Part shown: in pieces, positions 10,923-20,604 of the stretch
How positions within the stretch are numbered: the stretch's first letter is position 1
How the letters are laid out: every line of letters starts with the position of its first letter
Source of the DNA: an uncultured Deinococcaceae bacterium
GTDB taxonomy: Bacteria > Deinococcota > Deinococci > Deinococcales > Deinococcaceae
NCBI GenBank assembly: GCA_964252075.1
Contig: CAXULY010000005.1
Span: 32,001 to 96,000 of the forward strand
DNA: 64,000 bases
Direction: 5' to 3'
The notes under the pieces: model-generated
Seen by the model: only the letters and a program-made list of their open reading frames with translations
Told to the model about the DNA's origin: nothing
Databases searched by the model: none
Made by a program: the position numbers and the translations under genes

Positions 10923-12089
10923 ATGACCGACACCGCCCCCGCCCATTCCCTGCTGGACCCCTTCCCCTGGTACGCGCACCAGCGTGCGCTCGCGCCCGTG
11001 CTGCGCGACCCGCGCAGCGGCATGTTCATGGTCTTCGATTACGCGGGCGTGCAGCGCACGCTCTCCGAGTACCGCAGCTTCTCCTCGGAGCGCGGGCGGG
11101 GGCGCGGGCAGCAGGGCGCGAGCGCGCTCTCCACCAGCCTGATCTCCACCGACCCGCCGCGCCACCGGCCCCTGCGCGCCCTGGTGGAGCAGGCCTTCAC
11201 GCCCCGGCAGGTGCGCGCCCTGGAGCCCCGCATCGCGGAACTCGTGGATGAACTGCTGGGGCAGGTGTCCGGACGCATGGATTTCGTGCGGGACTTCGCG
11301 GAGCCGCTGCCCGTCATCGTGATCGCGGAGATCCTGGGCATCCCGGCAGCGGAGCGCGCGGCCTTCAAGCGCTGGTCGGACGCCGTCATCACGGGCGACC
11401 CCAGCGGCAGCCAGGAGATGGCGCGGTACTTCGCGCGCCTCATCGAGGAGCGCCGCGCGGCGCCCGGCGAGGACCTCATCAGCGGCCTGATCGCCGCGCA
11501 GCTGGACGGCGAGCACCTCGACACGCAGGAACTCCTGGGGTTCTGCATGCTGCTGCTCGTGGCGGGCAACGAGACCACCACGAACCTCCTCGCGAACACC
11601 GTGCTGTGCTGGCACGACCACCCGGACGCGCAGGACGCCGTGCGCGCCGACCGCGAGCTGCTGCCGGGCAGCATCGAGGAGGTGCTGCGCTACCGCTCGC
11701 CCGTGCAGTCCATGTACCGCGTGGCCGCCACCGACGTGGAACTGGGCGGCGTCACGATTCCCGAGGGCAGCCCCGTCCTCGCCTGGATCGGCTCGGCGAA
11801 CCGCGACCCCGCGCAGTTCGACGCGCCGGACACCTTCGACCCGGCGCGCACGCCGAACCGCCACCTCGCCTTCGGGAACGGCATTCACTTCTGCCTGGGC
11901 GCGCCCCTCGCGCGGCTGGAGGCGCGCGTCGCGCTGAACGCGGTGCTGGACCGCCTCCCGAACCTGCGCGTGGCGCCCGGCACGGCCCTGACCGCCATCC
12001 CCAGCACCATCGTGTACGGCGTCAAGGCGCTCCCCGTGACCACCGGGGGTGGGGGCGCCGCGCCCCCACCCCGCACGCTCAGGGGTTGA
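10923..12089 (+). CDS. Cytochrome P450
   Basis: AGNETT, EEVLRY, HLAFGNGIHFCLG heme motif. Confidence 0.95.
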   Translation: MTDTAPAHSLLDPFPWYAHQRALAPVLRDPRSGMFMVFDYAGVQRTLSEYRSFSSERGRGRGQQGASALSTSLISTDPPRHRPLRALVEQAFTPRQVRALEPRIAELVDELLGQVSGRMDFVRDFAEPLPVIVIAEILGIPAAERAAFKRWSDAVITGDPSGSQEMARYFARLIEERRAAPGEDLISGLIAAQLDGEHLDTQELLGFCMLLLVAGNETTTNLLANTVLCWHDHPDAQDAVRADRELLPGSIEEVLRYRSPVQSMYRVAATDVELGGVTIPEGSPVLAWIGSANRDPAQFDAPDTFDPARTPNRHLAFGNGIHFCLGAPLARLEARVALNAVLDRLPNLRVAPGTALTAIPSTIVYGVKALPVTTGGGGAAPPPRTLRG

Positions 12090-12801
12090 TGACGAACCAC
12101 ACCTTCCCGACGCCCTGCCCGGTCGCGTCACCGGGCTTGGTGTCCTTCACCCAGTAATACAGCGGCTTCCCGTCGAAGGTCACCTGCAGGCTGCCGTCCG
12201 TGCGGACTGTGGTGCCCACCCGCGAGCGCCACTCGGCCGCCACCTTCGGCTGCTGCGCGACAAGCAGCGGCGGCCACGCGGCGGCGCACTTGTCGTAGCA
12301 GGTGCTGGTGGTGCCCTCGTCCTTGGTGTACAGGTACAGCGTCATGCCGCGGTCGTCCGCCAGCACCGAGCCCAGCGCGCCCGCCTCTGCCGCCTTCAGG
12401 GTCGGGCCGGGATTCACGGCGTACCACACCTTCCCGACGCCCTGCCCGGTCGTGTCGCCCGGCTTGGCGTCCTTCGCCCAGTAATACAGCGGCACGCCGT
12501 CCAGCGCGACCTGCTGGCCGCCGTCCGCGCGCTTCACGAGGCTCAGGGTGCCGCTCACGCCGTCCGGGAGGGCCGGCACGCCGTCGTCCGCCGTGAGGGG
12601 CGGCCACGCCACCGCGCACTGGTCCGCGCAGTTCGAGACGCCCGGCGCGTCCTTGGTGAACAGGTACAGCGTGCGGCCCTGGTCATCCGTCAGGATGCGG
12701 CCCAGGCGCGCGTCATCCCGCACCCCCAGGCCCGCGGCGCCCGCGCTCGCAGCGACGGTGAGGGTCAGGCTGGCAGCCATCAACTTCAGCAGAGTGGTCA
12801 T
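12079..12801 (-). CDS. Secreted repeat protein (COG4315/Lipoprotein_15-like)
   Basis: Signal peptide; duplicated TLYLFTKD..C...C...WPP and PLYYW.KD.KPGD.TGQGVGKVW units. Confidence 0.85.
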   Translation of the reverse strand: MTTLLKLMAASLTLTVAASAGAAGLGVRDDARLGRILTDDQGRTLYLFTKDAPGVSNCADQCAVAWPPLTADDGVPALPDGVSGTLSLVKRADGGQQVALDGVPLYYWAKDAKPGDTTGQGVGKVWYAVNPGPTLKAAEAGALGSVLADDRGMTLYLYTKDEGTTSTCYDKCAAAWPPLLVAQQPKVAAEWRSRVGTTVRTDGSLQVTFDGKPLYYWVKDTKPGDATGQGVGKVWFVINP

Positions 12802-12845
12802 GTGTGCCTCCACACCAGGGAACGCGCCGCGCGTCCCCCCTGGAT

Positions 12846-13511
12846 TCACAGGGACGTCCAGCCGATCACGTGCGAGGGCCTCGCGGGGCGCGCCTCGCGC
12901 TCCAGGCTGAAGCACAGGTAATCGGTGCTGCCCAGCGCCACCTCGAAGACGCCCGAGCGGCTGCTGCCCGCCAGCCGCACCGGGTCGCCGTACTTCCAGC
13001 CGCGCTGCATGCCCACCCACGCGTGGTACACCTCGCCGGGCGGGGGGGGCGGCAGCACGAACAGCGCGCGGCGCCCCGACGCCAGCAGCACGCGCCCGGA
13101 CGTGGCGCGCTGGCGGTCCCGCAAGGTCAGCACCTGCAGGTCCGGCCGCGCCAGCCAGCCCGCCACCACCGCCTGCCGCTGCCGCGCGCCCACCGCGAGG
13201 TTGCGTTCCCGCACGCCCCACCCTGCCGTCGCGACCGCAAGCGCCACCGCCGCCGCCGCGAGCCACGGCGCCCAGGCCGCGCGGCGGCGCGTGCGCGCCT
13301 GCACCAGCGCGAAGCTGCCGGAGTGCGGCTCCACGGGCGGCAACTCGTCCACCAGCGCCACCAGTTCCTCGCGCAGCGCCACCACCGTCCCCCGGCACGC
13401 CGCGCAGTGGTGTAGGTGCGCCTCCACACGCCGCGCGCCCGCGGCGCTCAGGTCGCCCAGCGCGAAGGCCCGCAGGTGCGCGCGGTCCGGGTGCACCTCC
13501 GGCGCGCTCAC
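12846..13511 (-). CDS. Anti-sigma factor (zinc finger, TM, RskA-like)
   Basis: HLHHCAAC ZAS motif, TM helix, overlaps the sigma stop. Confidence 0.85.
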   Translation of the reverse strand: MSAPEVHPDRAHLRAFALGDLSAAGARRVEAHLHHCAACRGTVVALREELVALVDELPPVEPHSGSFALVQARTRRRAAWAPWLAAAAVALAVATAGWGVRERNLAVGARQRQAVVAGWLARPDLQVLTLRDRQRATSGRVLLASGRRALFVLPPPPPGEVYHAWVGMQRGWKYGDPVRLAGSSRSGVFEVALGSTDYLCFSLEREARPARPSHVIGWTSL

Positions 13512-14041
13512 AGGCCCTCCAGGTTGCGGCGCATGGCGAGCAGCGCGCGGCGCAGGCGCGTCTTGACCGTGCCCAGCGGCAGGGCCTGACGGTCCGCGAT
13601 CTCACCGTGACTGAAGCCCAGGAAGAAGGCCTCGCGCACCAGCACGCGGTCCCGCTCCGGGAGGCGCGCCACCGCTGACCCCACCGTGGCGCGCGCGTCC
13701 GGGTCGTCCGCCGCGCCGTCCAGGCGGGCGAAGTCGTCGTCCGGGTCGTCGGTGGGGCGGGGGCGCGCCTGCCGCGCGCGCAGGCGCGAGATGGCCTCGT
13801 GCCGCGCGACGGTGTAGATGAAGGCGCGCGCCGAGCCGAGGTCCGGGTTGAACTGCTGCGCGCGGTCGAAGACCCGCACGAAGGTGTCCTGCAGCACCTC
13901 CTCGGCCTCCTGGCGGTGGTCCAGCAGGCGCAGCGCCAGCGCCAGCACCGGGCGGGACAGCAGCCCGTACAGCTCCGCAAGCGCCGCCTCATCCCGGCGG
14001 CGCAGGCGCAGCAGCAGTTCGGTCTCGCGGTCCAGTGTCAC
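13508..14041 (-). CDS. ECF sigma-70 factor
   Basis: AEEVLQDTF region 2; GTVKTRLRRA region 4. Confidence 0.92.
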   Translation of the reverse strand: MTLDRETELLLRLRRRDEAALAELYGLLSRPVLALALRLLDHRQEAEEVLQDTFVRVFDRAQQFNPDLGSARAFIYTVARHEAISRLRARQARPRPTDDPDDDFARLDGAADDPDARATVGSAVARLPERDRVLVREAFFLGFSHGEIADRQALPLGTVKTRLRRALLAMRRNLEGL

Positions 14042-14131
14042 CTTGACTCAGGATACGCAGGGCGAGAGTCGGTTGGATTCAAAAGCGCGGTGGCCCTGTG
14101 GAGGCCGCCGCGCGAGGGGCGCCAGACTCCC

Positions 14132-14977
14132 TTACTTGCTTTCCATCTGTGCGGTGACCCGCAGGCCGGTGGGCGTCTGCGCGAGGCCCCCTTCGGCCGT
14201 CTCGCGCAGTTCGAGCGGCATCATGCGGCCCACCTGCGCCATCGCGGTGACCACCTCGTCCGGCGGGATGAAGCTCTCCAGGCTCGCCAGGGCGAGCTGC
14301 GCGGCGCTCACGGCGTGCACGGCGTAGAAGGCGTTGCGGCTCACGCACGGCACCTCCACGAAGCCGCCCACCGGGTCGCACACCAGCCCGATGGTGTTCA
14401 TGAGGGCGAGCGTCGCGGCGTGCACGCAGGCGCGCGGCGTGCCGCCCATCAGTTCCGTGACGGCGGCGGCGGCCATCGCGGCACTGCTCCCGATCTCCGC
14501 CTGGCAGCCGCCCGCCGCGCCGGAGATGAACATCTGGCGGGAGATGGCCTTCCCGATGCCCGCGGCGAGCACCATCGGCATGACGAGCCGCTCGTCCGGG
14601 AGGCCCAGGTGGTCCGCCACGCCGATGAGGGCGCCGGGGATGGTGCCCGCGCTGCCCGCGGTGGGCGCCGCGACGATGCGGCCCATGCGGGCGTTCTCCT
14701 CGTTCACGGCCATGGCGTAGGCCTGCACGCGCTTGATGAGCGGCGCGCCCAGGACGTCCGGCGCCTCCCACAGGCCCTTGGCGTTCCAGCCGACCATGCC
14801 GGTGATGCTCTTGGCGTCGCTGGCGAGGCCGCGCTCGATGCTGCTGCGCATCTCGCGGATGCGGTCCAGCATGATGCGGCGCACGGCGTCGGGCTCCAGG
14901 CCGCTGTCCTGGCAGTCCTGCTGGAGCACCCACTCACTGGCGGGCGCTGGGGCGTTCTGGATGTCGTCAAGGGTCAT
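14132..14977 (-). CDS. sdaAA: L-serine dehydratase, Fe-S dependent, alpha subunit
   Basis: [39 protein letters not shown]. Confidence 0.93.
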   Translation of the reverse strand: MTLDDIQNAPAPASEWVLQQDCQDSGLEPDAVRRIMLDRIREMRSSIERGLASDAKSITGMVGWNAKGLWEAPDVLGAPLIKRVQAYAMAVNEENARMGRIVAAPTAGSAGTIPGALIGVADHLGLPDERLVMPMVLAAGIGKAISRQMFISGAAGGCQAEIGSSAAMAAAAVTELMGGTPRACVHAATLALMNTIGLVCDPVGGFVEVPCVSRNAFYAVHAVSAAQLALASLESFIPPDEVVTAMAQVGRMMPLELRETAEGGLAQTPTGLRVTAQMESK

Positions 14978-15084
14978 AGGTGTGGGGGGCGGGCGGGAAA
15001 CGAACGCCCGTTCGTGAAAAGTATAGACGTGTCGCCACCCGCCGCCTGTAACGCGCGCACGGACCCGCCGGGGTACAGTCGGGC

Positions 15085-15342
15085 ATGCAGCTTGGCGCTT
15101 CCGGGCAGGTCCTGATGGGCGACACCGGCAACGTGGTCTTGGTCCGCGCGGTGGTGGCCCTCACCACCCGCCGCGCCCCGAACGGCGTGTGGTCCGTGCA
15201 GGCCCTCACGCTCGGACCCGCCGTGACCCTGCAGGACGGCCTGCCGGCCGAGGGCGCTGCGCGCGAGGGCGTGCAGGCCGCCCTGAACCTCATCGCGCCG
15301 CACCTGGCCGCCCTGACGCTCGACAAGGACGACGCGCCCTGA
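15085..15342 (+). CDS. Hypothetical protein
   Basis: 85-aa ORF; TACAGT 5 nt before ATG. Confidence 0.6.
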   Translation: MQLGASGQVLMGDTGNVVLVRAVVALTTRRAPNGVWSVQALTLGPAVTLQDGLPAEGAAREGVQAALNLIAPHLAALTLDKDDAP

Positions 15343-15423
15343 TTGCAGTCCCGCCCGCAGGATCAAGAAGCGTGTAAGGCCGCCCTTTACGCGGCGTTTC
15401 ACGCGCGGCGTTAAGGTCTGGAG

Positions 15424-16662
15424 ATGAGCACCGCCGCCAAGAAAGGCGCCCTGTCCCTGCACACCTTCGAGGCCCTCCGGCACCGCGAGTTCCGGCTGCT
15501 GTGGTTCGCGCTGCTGGCGTCCGCGGTGGGCACCTGGATGCAGATCGTGTCCCTGAGCCTGCTGGTGCTGCGCATCTCGCACGGCAGTTCCCTGGCGCTC
15601 GGCACGGTGTCGCTCGCGCAGGCCGCGGCGTTCTTCCTGTTCTCCTTCGTGGGGGGCGGCTTCGCGGACCGCTTCGACAAGCGCCGCCTGCTGCTCGTCA
15701 CGCAGACGCTGCTCGCCCTGAACGCCGCGGCGCTCGGCACGCTGGCCGTCACGAACCACGCGACGCTCGGCGCGATCCTGGCGCTCGCTTTCGTGTCGAG
15801 CGCCATCCTGAGTTTTGACCAGCCCGCTCGCAGCGCCCTGGTGCCGCTCCTCGTGCCGCGCGAGGCGCTCACGAACGCCGTGGCGCTGCAGTCCGTGGCG
15901 TTCAGCGCCGCGAGCGCGATCGGTCCGGCCCTCGCGGGCTTCCTGGTGGGGTGGCTGGGCATCGCGGGGAACTTCTACCTGAACGCCGCGAGCTTCGCGG
16001 GCATGCTGCTGGTCCTGCGGGTGCTGCGCCTCCCGGAGCGCGCGCAGGTGCGCAACAAGGGGCAGCGCCTGTGGGCGGGCCTCAAGGAGGCCTTCGACGT
16101 AGTGCGCCGCGACCCGGCCCTCCCGTGGGTGATCAGCGGGTACGGCGTGCTGCTGTTCTTCGGGCCGAGCGCCTCCCTGATCCTCCCCATCTACGGGCAG
16201 CAGGTCCTGAAGTTGCAGAGCAGCGGCCTGGGGTGGCTGTTCACAGCGCTCGGCATCGGCACCATCACGGGCGGGCTCATCATCGCGTCCCTGCGCGACT
16301 CACGGCACCGCGGGCGGGTGCTGCTGGCGTCCATCGCGCTGTGGGTGGTGTCCCTCGTCTTCTTCGGCTTCGCGCGCAGTCTGTGGCCCGCCATGCTCGC
16401 GCTTCTCGTGTACGGCGTCGCGCTGAACGGCACGCAGTCGAGCGCCATCGCGCTCATGCAGTCGCGCGTGGAGGACCACCTGCGCGGGCGCATCATGAGC
16501 ATCAACACCCTCCTGATGATGGGCTTCCGGCCGCTCGGGGACTTCCCGGCGGGCGCGCTCGCGGGCGTCATGGGTGCGCCCGGCGTGGTGCTGCTCGGCG
16601 CGGGCGTGGTGGGGGTCTTCGGGTTGTTCCTCGGCACGCGCCGGGCGCTGCGCGAGGCGTGA
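15424..16662 (+). CDS. MFS transporter
   Basis: GGFADRFDKRR motif A; about 12 hydrophobic segments. Confidence 0.92.
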   Translation: MSTAAKKGALSLHTFEALRHREFRLLWFALLASAVGTWMQIVSLSLLVLRISHGSSLALGTVSLAQAAAFFLFSFVGGGFADRFDKRRLLLVTQTLLALNAAALGTLAVTNHATLGAILALAFVSSAILSFDQPARSALVPLLVPREALTNAVALQSVAFSAASAIGPALAGFLVGWLGIAGNFYLNAASFAGMLLVLRVLRLPERAQVRNKGQRLWAGLKEAFDVVRRDPALPWVISGYGVLLFFGPSASLILPIYGQQVLKLQSSGLGWLFTALGIGTITGGLIIASLRDSRHRGRVLLASIALWVVSLVFFGFARSLWPAMLALLVYGVALNGTQSSAIALMQSRVEDHLRGRIMSINTLLMMGFRPLGDFPAGALAGVMGAPGVVLLGAGVVGVFGLFLGTRRALREA

Positions 16663-16663
16663 A

Positions 16664-16692
16664 GAGGGGGCAGCCAACACGGCTGCCCCCTC
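16664..16692. terminator. Hairpin between convergent genes
   Basis: gagggggcagcc-aacac-ggctgccccctc followed by gttttattt. Confidence 0.7.
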
Positions 16693-16700
16693 CGTTTTAT

Positions 16701-18770
16701 TTAGCGCGCGCTGACCTGCACGTCGTCCACGCGCAGCCACGTGTCGCTGCCCGTGTCGTGGAAGCCCGCGTACACCGTCATGCTGGTGCTCGCGCCGGAG
16801 TTGAAGTCCACGGTGAGCGGCACGTAGCTCATGTTCCCCGTGAAGGTGGCTTCCGCGAGGGGCGTACCGCTCGTGCCGGGCCGCACCCCGAAGTACCCGC
16901 CCGTGAGGTTCGGGGCGCTCTGCACCCAGCCCGTCAGGCGGTAGTTGGTGTTCGGCGTGACGGGCACCACCTGCGTGATGGCGTTCCAGCCCGCTGCGCT
17001 CGTGCGGATCCAGGCGTTGTTCGCGCCGCTGTGCGCGAGGCCCGCGCCGCGGTCCACGCCCTTGTCGCCCGTGCCTTCCGCGCCCCACGGGGCGCCCAGG
17101 GTGCCGCTGCCCTGCTCCTCGAAGCTGGCGTCCGCCACCACGCGGTGGAACACCCCGAGTTCCGCGATGGACGTGAAGGTGCGCGTGCCGCCCGGCGTAC
17201 CCACGACGCGCACACCCGTGGCACTCACGGCGGGGAAACGCAGGGTGTAGGTCTTATTCGGCCCGGCGGCGCTGCTGTACGGGTACGGCGGCGTGACGCT
17301 CACGCCCGTGACGTTCACCCAGGTGCCGTTCTGCCGCACCTGCACGCCGAGGTTCGCGGAGAACCACCCGCCGTCCGCAAACATCTGCCCGGTCGTGTAA
17401 CGCACCTCACTCACCGTGTACGGCTGCGGCCAAGTGTAGCCCCAGAAGCCCTGCGTCTTGTTCTCGTCGTTCCAGTCGTCCTCGCTCTGGTTCAGCACGC
17501 CGTCGTTGTAGAACCCCACGTTCCCGAAGTGCGCGACGCGCTCGGTGGGCCGCACGCCCACGCCGGACACCGCGAGGTTCACCGCGTCGCTGCGCGGGTT
17601 CGTCGCCGCGCCGCCCAGGGCGGGCTGCAGGAACATGCGGCGCAGCGAATAATCGTACACGGCGGTGCCGCCCCCGCCGCACGAGCACACGTTGGACTGC
17701 AGCCACATGCCCTTGCCGTCCGCGCTGATGAACTTCGACGGGATGGTGGTGCCGTACCCGCCGTGCTTCGTCTGTGTCCACGGGTACCCGCCGAAGTCCT
17801 TGCTCATGAACAGCGTCCACGGCCCCCACGGGGTGGGCGACTCGTAGAACTCGAAGGTGTACTCCGTCCACGAGGTGTACAGGTAACGGTTCAGCGGCTG
17901 GTCGAACACCACGCCGCCCTGACTGATCACGCTCAGGTTGTGCGCGTTCCCGCTGTACACGGTGGGGTAGATGTGGCGGTCGTCGTGCAGCACGCTCACG
18001 CGCGCATTGATGTCGCTGCTCCAGCTGGCCGCGCCGCTCGCCTGCCCGGCGTAGAACTGCCACGCGCTGCGCGTCAGCACCTGCGCGGCGGGCACGCGCG
18101 CGAGGTACACGTCCACGGGGTCCGGCACGCGGTCCCCGAAGGAATCCCGCCAGTTGTGGTCCAGCCCGTACGCGTACACGTAGCCGTCCGGCGAGCGGGT
18201 GTTGTCCTGCCCGTAATCCAGGAACATGATGGTCGTGAACTTCCCGCCGCTGAACATCGGCGCGGCGCGGTTCCAGGTCCACGTGACCCCGTGGTCGTTC
18301 GACTGCGCGATGGTGGCGTTCGGCGCGTCGTTGAAGTCCAGCGCGAGGTCCTGCACCGCCAGGAACAGCTTCCCGCCCGCGCACGCCATGCCGGTGGGCT
18401 TGCGGGAGTACCCGCTGCCCGCCCACACCTGGCCGAGCGCGTCCCCGCTCGCGAGGCCGCTGCCCGTGAGGTTCGGCGGCGCGCCCTGAATGCGGCTCAC
18501 CACGATGTCGCTCACCACCGACCCGAAGCCCTTCCCGTCGCCGTTCGCCGCGTACAGGTTGCCGTCGTCCGACCAGCACGACGGCCACAGGTCGCCGTCA
18601 CTCGCGCTGCTCGCGGAGTGCGCGGACTCCACGAACGCCGTGCCCACCCAGCTGCTCGGCGGGGGGCTCGCCTGCGCGTGCAGCGCGCCGCCCTGCCCCT
18701 GCTGCGGTTGCTGCGCGCAGGCGCCCAGCAGCGCGCCCGCCAGCCACACCTTCCAGTGCCGTCCTCGCAT
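16701..18770 (-). CDS. Lipoprotein with DUF4185-like (GH183) propeller and C-terminal discoidin/CBM-like domains
   Basis: Lipobox LGAC; GDLWPSCW, SNDHGVTW Asp-box, ESPTPWGPW; C-terminal SFEE...W..ITQVV.V.PNT.Y.L.GW CBM4/9-like. Confidence 0.7.
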   Translation of the reverse strand: MRGRHWKVWLAGALLGACAQQPQQGQGGALHAQASPPPSSWVGTAFVESAHSASSASDGDLWPSCWSDDGNLYAANGDGKGFGSVVSDIVVSRIQGAPPNLTGSGLASGDALGQVWAGSGYSRKPTGMACAGGKLFLAVQDLALDFNDAPNATIAQSNDHGVTWTWNRAAPMFSGGKFTTIMFLDYGQDNTRSPDGYVYAYGLDHNWRDSFGDRVPDPVDVYLARVPAAQVLTRSAWQFYAGQASGAASWSSDINARVSVLHDDRHIYPTVYSGNAHNLSVISQGGVVFDQPLNRYLYTSWTEYTFEFYESPTPWGPWTLFMSKDFGGYPWTQTKHGGYGTTIPSKFISADGKGMWLQSNVCSCGGGGTAVYDYSLRRMFLQPALGGAATNPRSDAVNLAVSGVGVRPTERVAHFGNVGFYNDGVLNQSEDDWNDENKTQGFWGYTWPQPYTVSEVRYTTGQMFADGGWFSANLGVQVRQNGTWVNVTGVSVTPPYPYSSAAGPNKTYTLRFPAVSATGVRVVGTPGGTRTFTSIAELGVFHRVVADASFEEQGSGTLGAPWGAEGTGDKGVDRGAGLAHSGANNAWIRTSAAGWNAITQVVPVTPNTNYRLTGWVQSAPNLTGGYFGVRPGTSGTPLAEATFTGNMSYVPLTVDFNSGASTSMTVYAGFHDTGSDTWLRVDDVQVSAR

Positions 18771-18902
18771 GGTGCCTCCCGCCCCGCTCGGGGCGCACGG
18801 CGGGACGGGCGGACTCCCACTGGACCCCGCCGCCCGCTGCCACTTGTGGTCCCTCCGGTTCGGGTGAGGGCGCGCGCCGGAGGGACCGCGCGCCCCCGGC
18901 GC

Positions 18903-20540
18903 TCAGTGACCCGCCGACGAGACCGCCGTGGCGACCGGCGCGGCCGGTTCGAGCGTCACGCCGCACAGGTTCACCCGCACGCCCAGCGCGTCGAAGGCGG
19001 CGGCCTTCACCTCCAGCGCGCGCCGCGCGGTCGCGGCGTCCGGCGCGTACGCCACCTGAATGTGGTTCGCCTGGTGCTTCGCCATCATCTGGTCGCGCGT
19101 CACGCCGTCCAGCACGGCGTTCATCATGGGCCACTGGGGGTTCGTCAGCGCCCAGCGCCGCTGCACCTCCGCGTCCGGCAACTCTACCGCGCGGCCCAGC
19201 CCGAGGTCCGCGTGCAGCGCGCCACCCTGCACGTACACGCGCGACCACACGATCTCACCGGGTCGGCTCACGCCCTTCAGGGTGCCGCCGCCCTGCGCGA
19301 AGAACATGGGGGGCTGGCGCTCACTGGTGGCGCCCGCGTACCCGCCCGCGAAGTGCGAGGCGGGCGCCGCGCCGGAAATCATGAACAGCCACACGAAGCG
19401 CCCGGCGAAGTCCTCGCCCCAGCGCAGGTCGTGCAGGGTGGTGGAGGGGTCCAGGCCGAGTGCGCGCCACGCGCGGTGCGTGACGAGCGCGTCGAGCGCG
19501 GCGGCCTCGTCCACCTCGTTGAAGTGCGGGAGCGCCTCGTTCGGGTACAGCTCCTCGCCCGTGTCGGCGTGCCGCACGGGCGGGCGCTCCGGGTTGTTCA
19601 GCAGGCCCTCCGCGAGGTCGCTGGCAGGCGCGAGGTCTTTGAGGCCCTGCTGGTACTGAATGCCGACCGCGTCGCACCCGAAGCGGTGCGCGATGCGGAC
19701 CGCCGCGATGTACATCTTGAGCTGCTCCAGCGTCTGCGCGCGCGTGAGCTGCGTGGCGTGGTCCTCGCCCCACTGGAAGGTCATGCCGCGCGCCAGCAGC
19801 CACTGCAGGGCCTCCTCGGCTTCCGCGTCCTGCACGAGGCGCATCTCGGCGTACAGGGCGGACTGGCTGAGGCGCTCCTTGTACACGCCCAGCGGGTTCA
19901 GCAGCTCATCGTCAATGATGGCGTTGTACATGCCCATGCAGCCCTCGTCGAACACCCCGAGGATCGCCTTGCCGTCCCGCAGGGTGTCCGCGAGGTCCGC
20001 GCCGAGCCGCGCGGCCTGCGGGTCCAGCGCGCGGGCGTCCAGGGGCCGGGCGTGGCTGAGGTCGTGGCGCACCTCGCCCGTCTGCACCCAGTCCCGCAGC
20101 TTCTGCGTGAAGGCGTCGTCCGTGAAGTCGCGGCTCCACACGCTGCTGTAGCGCACGCCCGCCTTCGTGAGGCTGCCGTTCAGGTTCAGGAGGCCCACCA
20201 GGCCCGGCCATTCGCCACTCCAGTTCGCGACCGTCAGGATGGGCCCCTGGTGGTCCCGCAGGCCCGCCAGCACGTGGTGGCTGTACTGCCACACGGCCTC
20301 CGCAACAATGACGGGCGCGTCCTTGGGGATGGTGCGGAACACGTCCATGCCCATGCGCTGCGAGCGGATGAAGCCGTGCCCCTCCACGGGGTCCACGGGG
20401 TGCGCGCGCGTCACCTCCACGCCCAGCCGCCTGAGGGCCGCCGTGAGCTGCTCTTCCATGTGCGCCTGCGCGGGCCAGCACTGCTGGTTCGCCGCGAGGC
20501 GCAGGTCACCACTCGCCACCAGGTATGCGTTCTTGATCAT
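18903..20540 (-). CDS. L-fucose/D-arabinose isomerase family protein
   Basis: ASGDLR..AN..CWP, VANWSGEWPGLVG, FDEGCMGM, PHFNEVD, ANHIQV. Confidence 0.75.
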   Translation of the reverse strand: MIKNAYLVASGDLRLAANQQCWPAQAHMEEQLTAALRRLGVEVTRAHPVDPVEGHGFIRSQRMGMDVFRTIPKDAPVIVAEAVWQYSHHVLAGLRDHQGPILTVANWSGEWPGLVGLLNLNGSLTKAGVRYSSVWSRDFTDDAFTQKLRDWVQTGEVRHDLSHARPLDARALDPQAARLGADLADTLRDGKAILGVFDEGCMGMYNAIIDDELLNPLGVYKERLSQSALYAEMRLVQDAEAEEALQWLLARGMTFQWGEDHATQLTRAQTLEQLKMYIAAVRIAHRFGCDAVGIQYQQGLKDLAPASDLAEGLLNNPERPPVRHADTGEELYPNEALPHFNEVDEAAALDALVTHRAWRALGLDPSTTLHDLRWGEDFAGRFVWLFMISGAAPASHFAGGYAGATSERQPPMFFAQGGGTLKGVSRPGEIVWSRVYVQGGALHADLGLGRAVELPDAEVQRRWALTNPQWPMMNAVLDGVTRDQMMAKHQANHIQVAYAPDAATARRALEVKAAAFDALGVRVNLCGVTLEPAAPVATAVSSAGH

Positions 20541-20604
20541 CACCACTCCCCACGGGCCCCGCACGGGCCCCTCAGGACGAAAGACGAAGCGTGGACGGGG
20601 GCGT

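Noticed and set aside
12802..13992. Long upstream extension of the secreted repeat protein ORF
   Set aside because: Off-frame overlap with the sigma and anti-sigma genes; the signal peptide and RBS point to 12801
18780..18795. cgccccgctcggggcg as another palindrome copy
   Set aside because: Centre and spacing differ from TGCCCCGCGGGGCA; probably an ordinary hairpin
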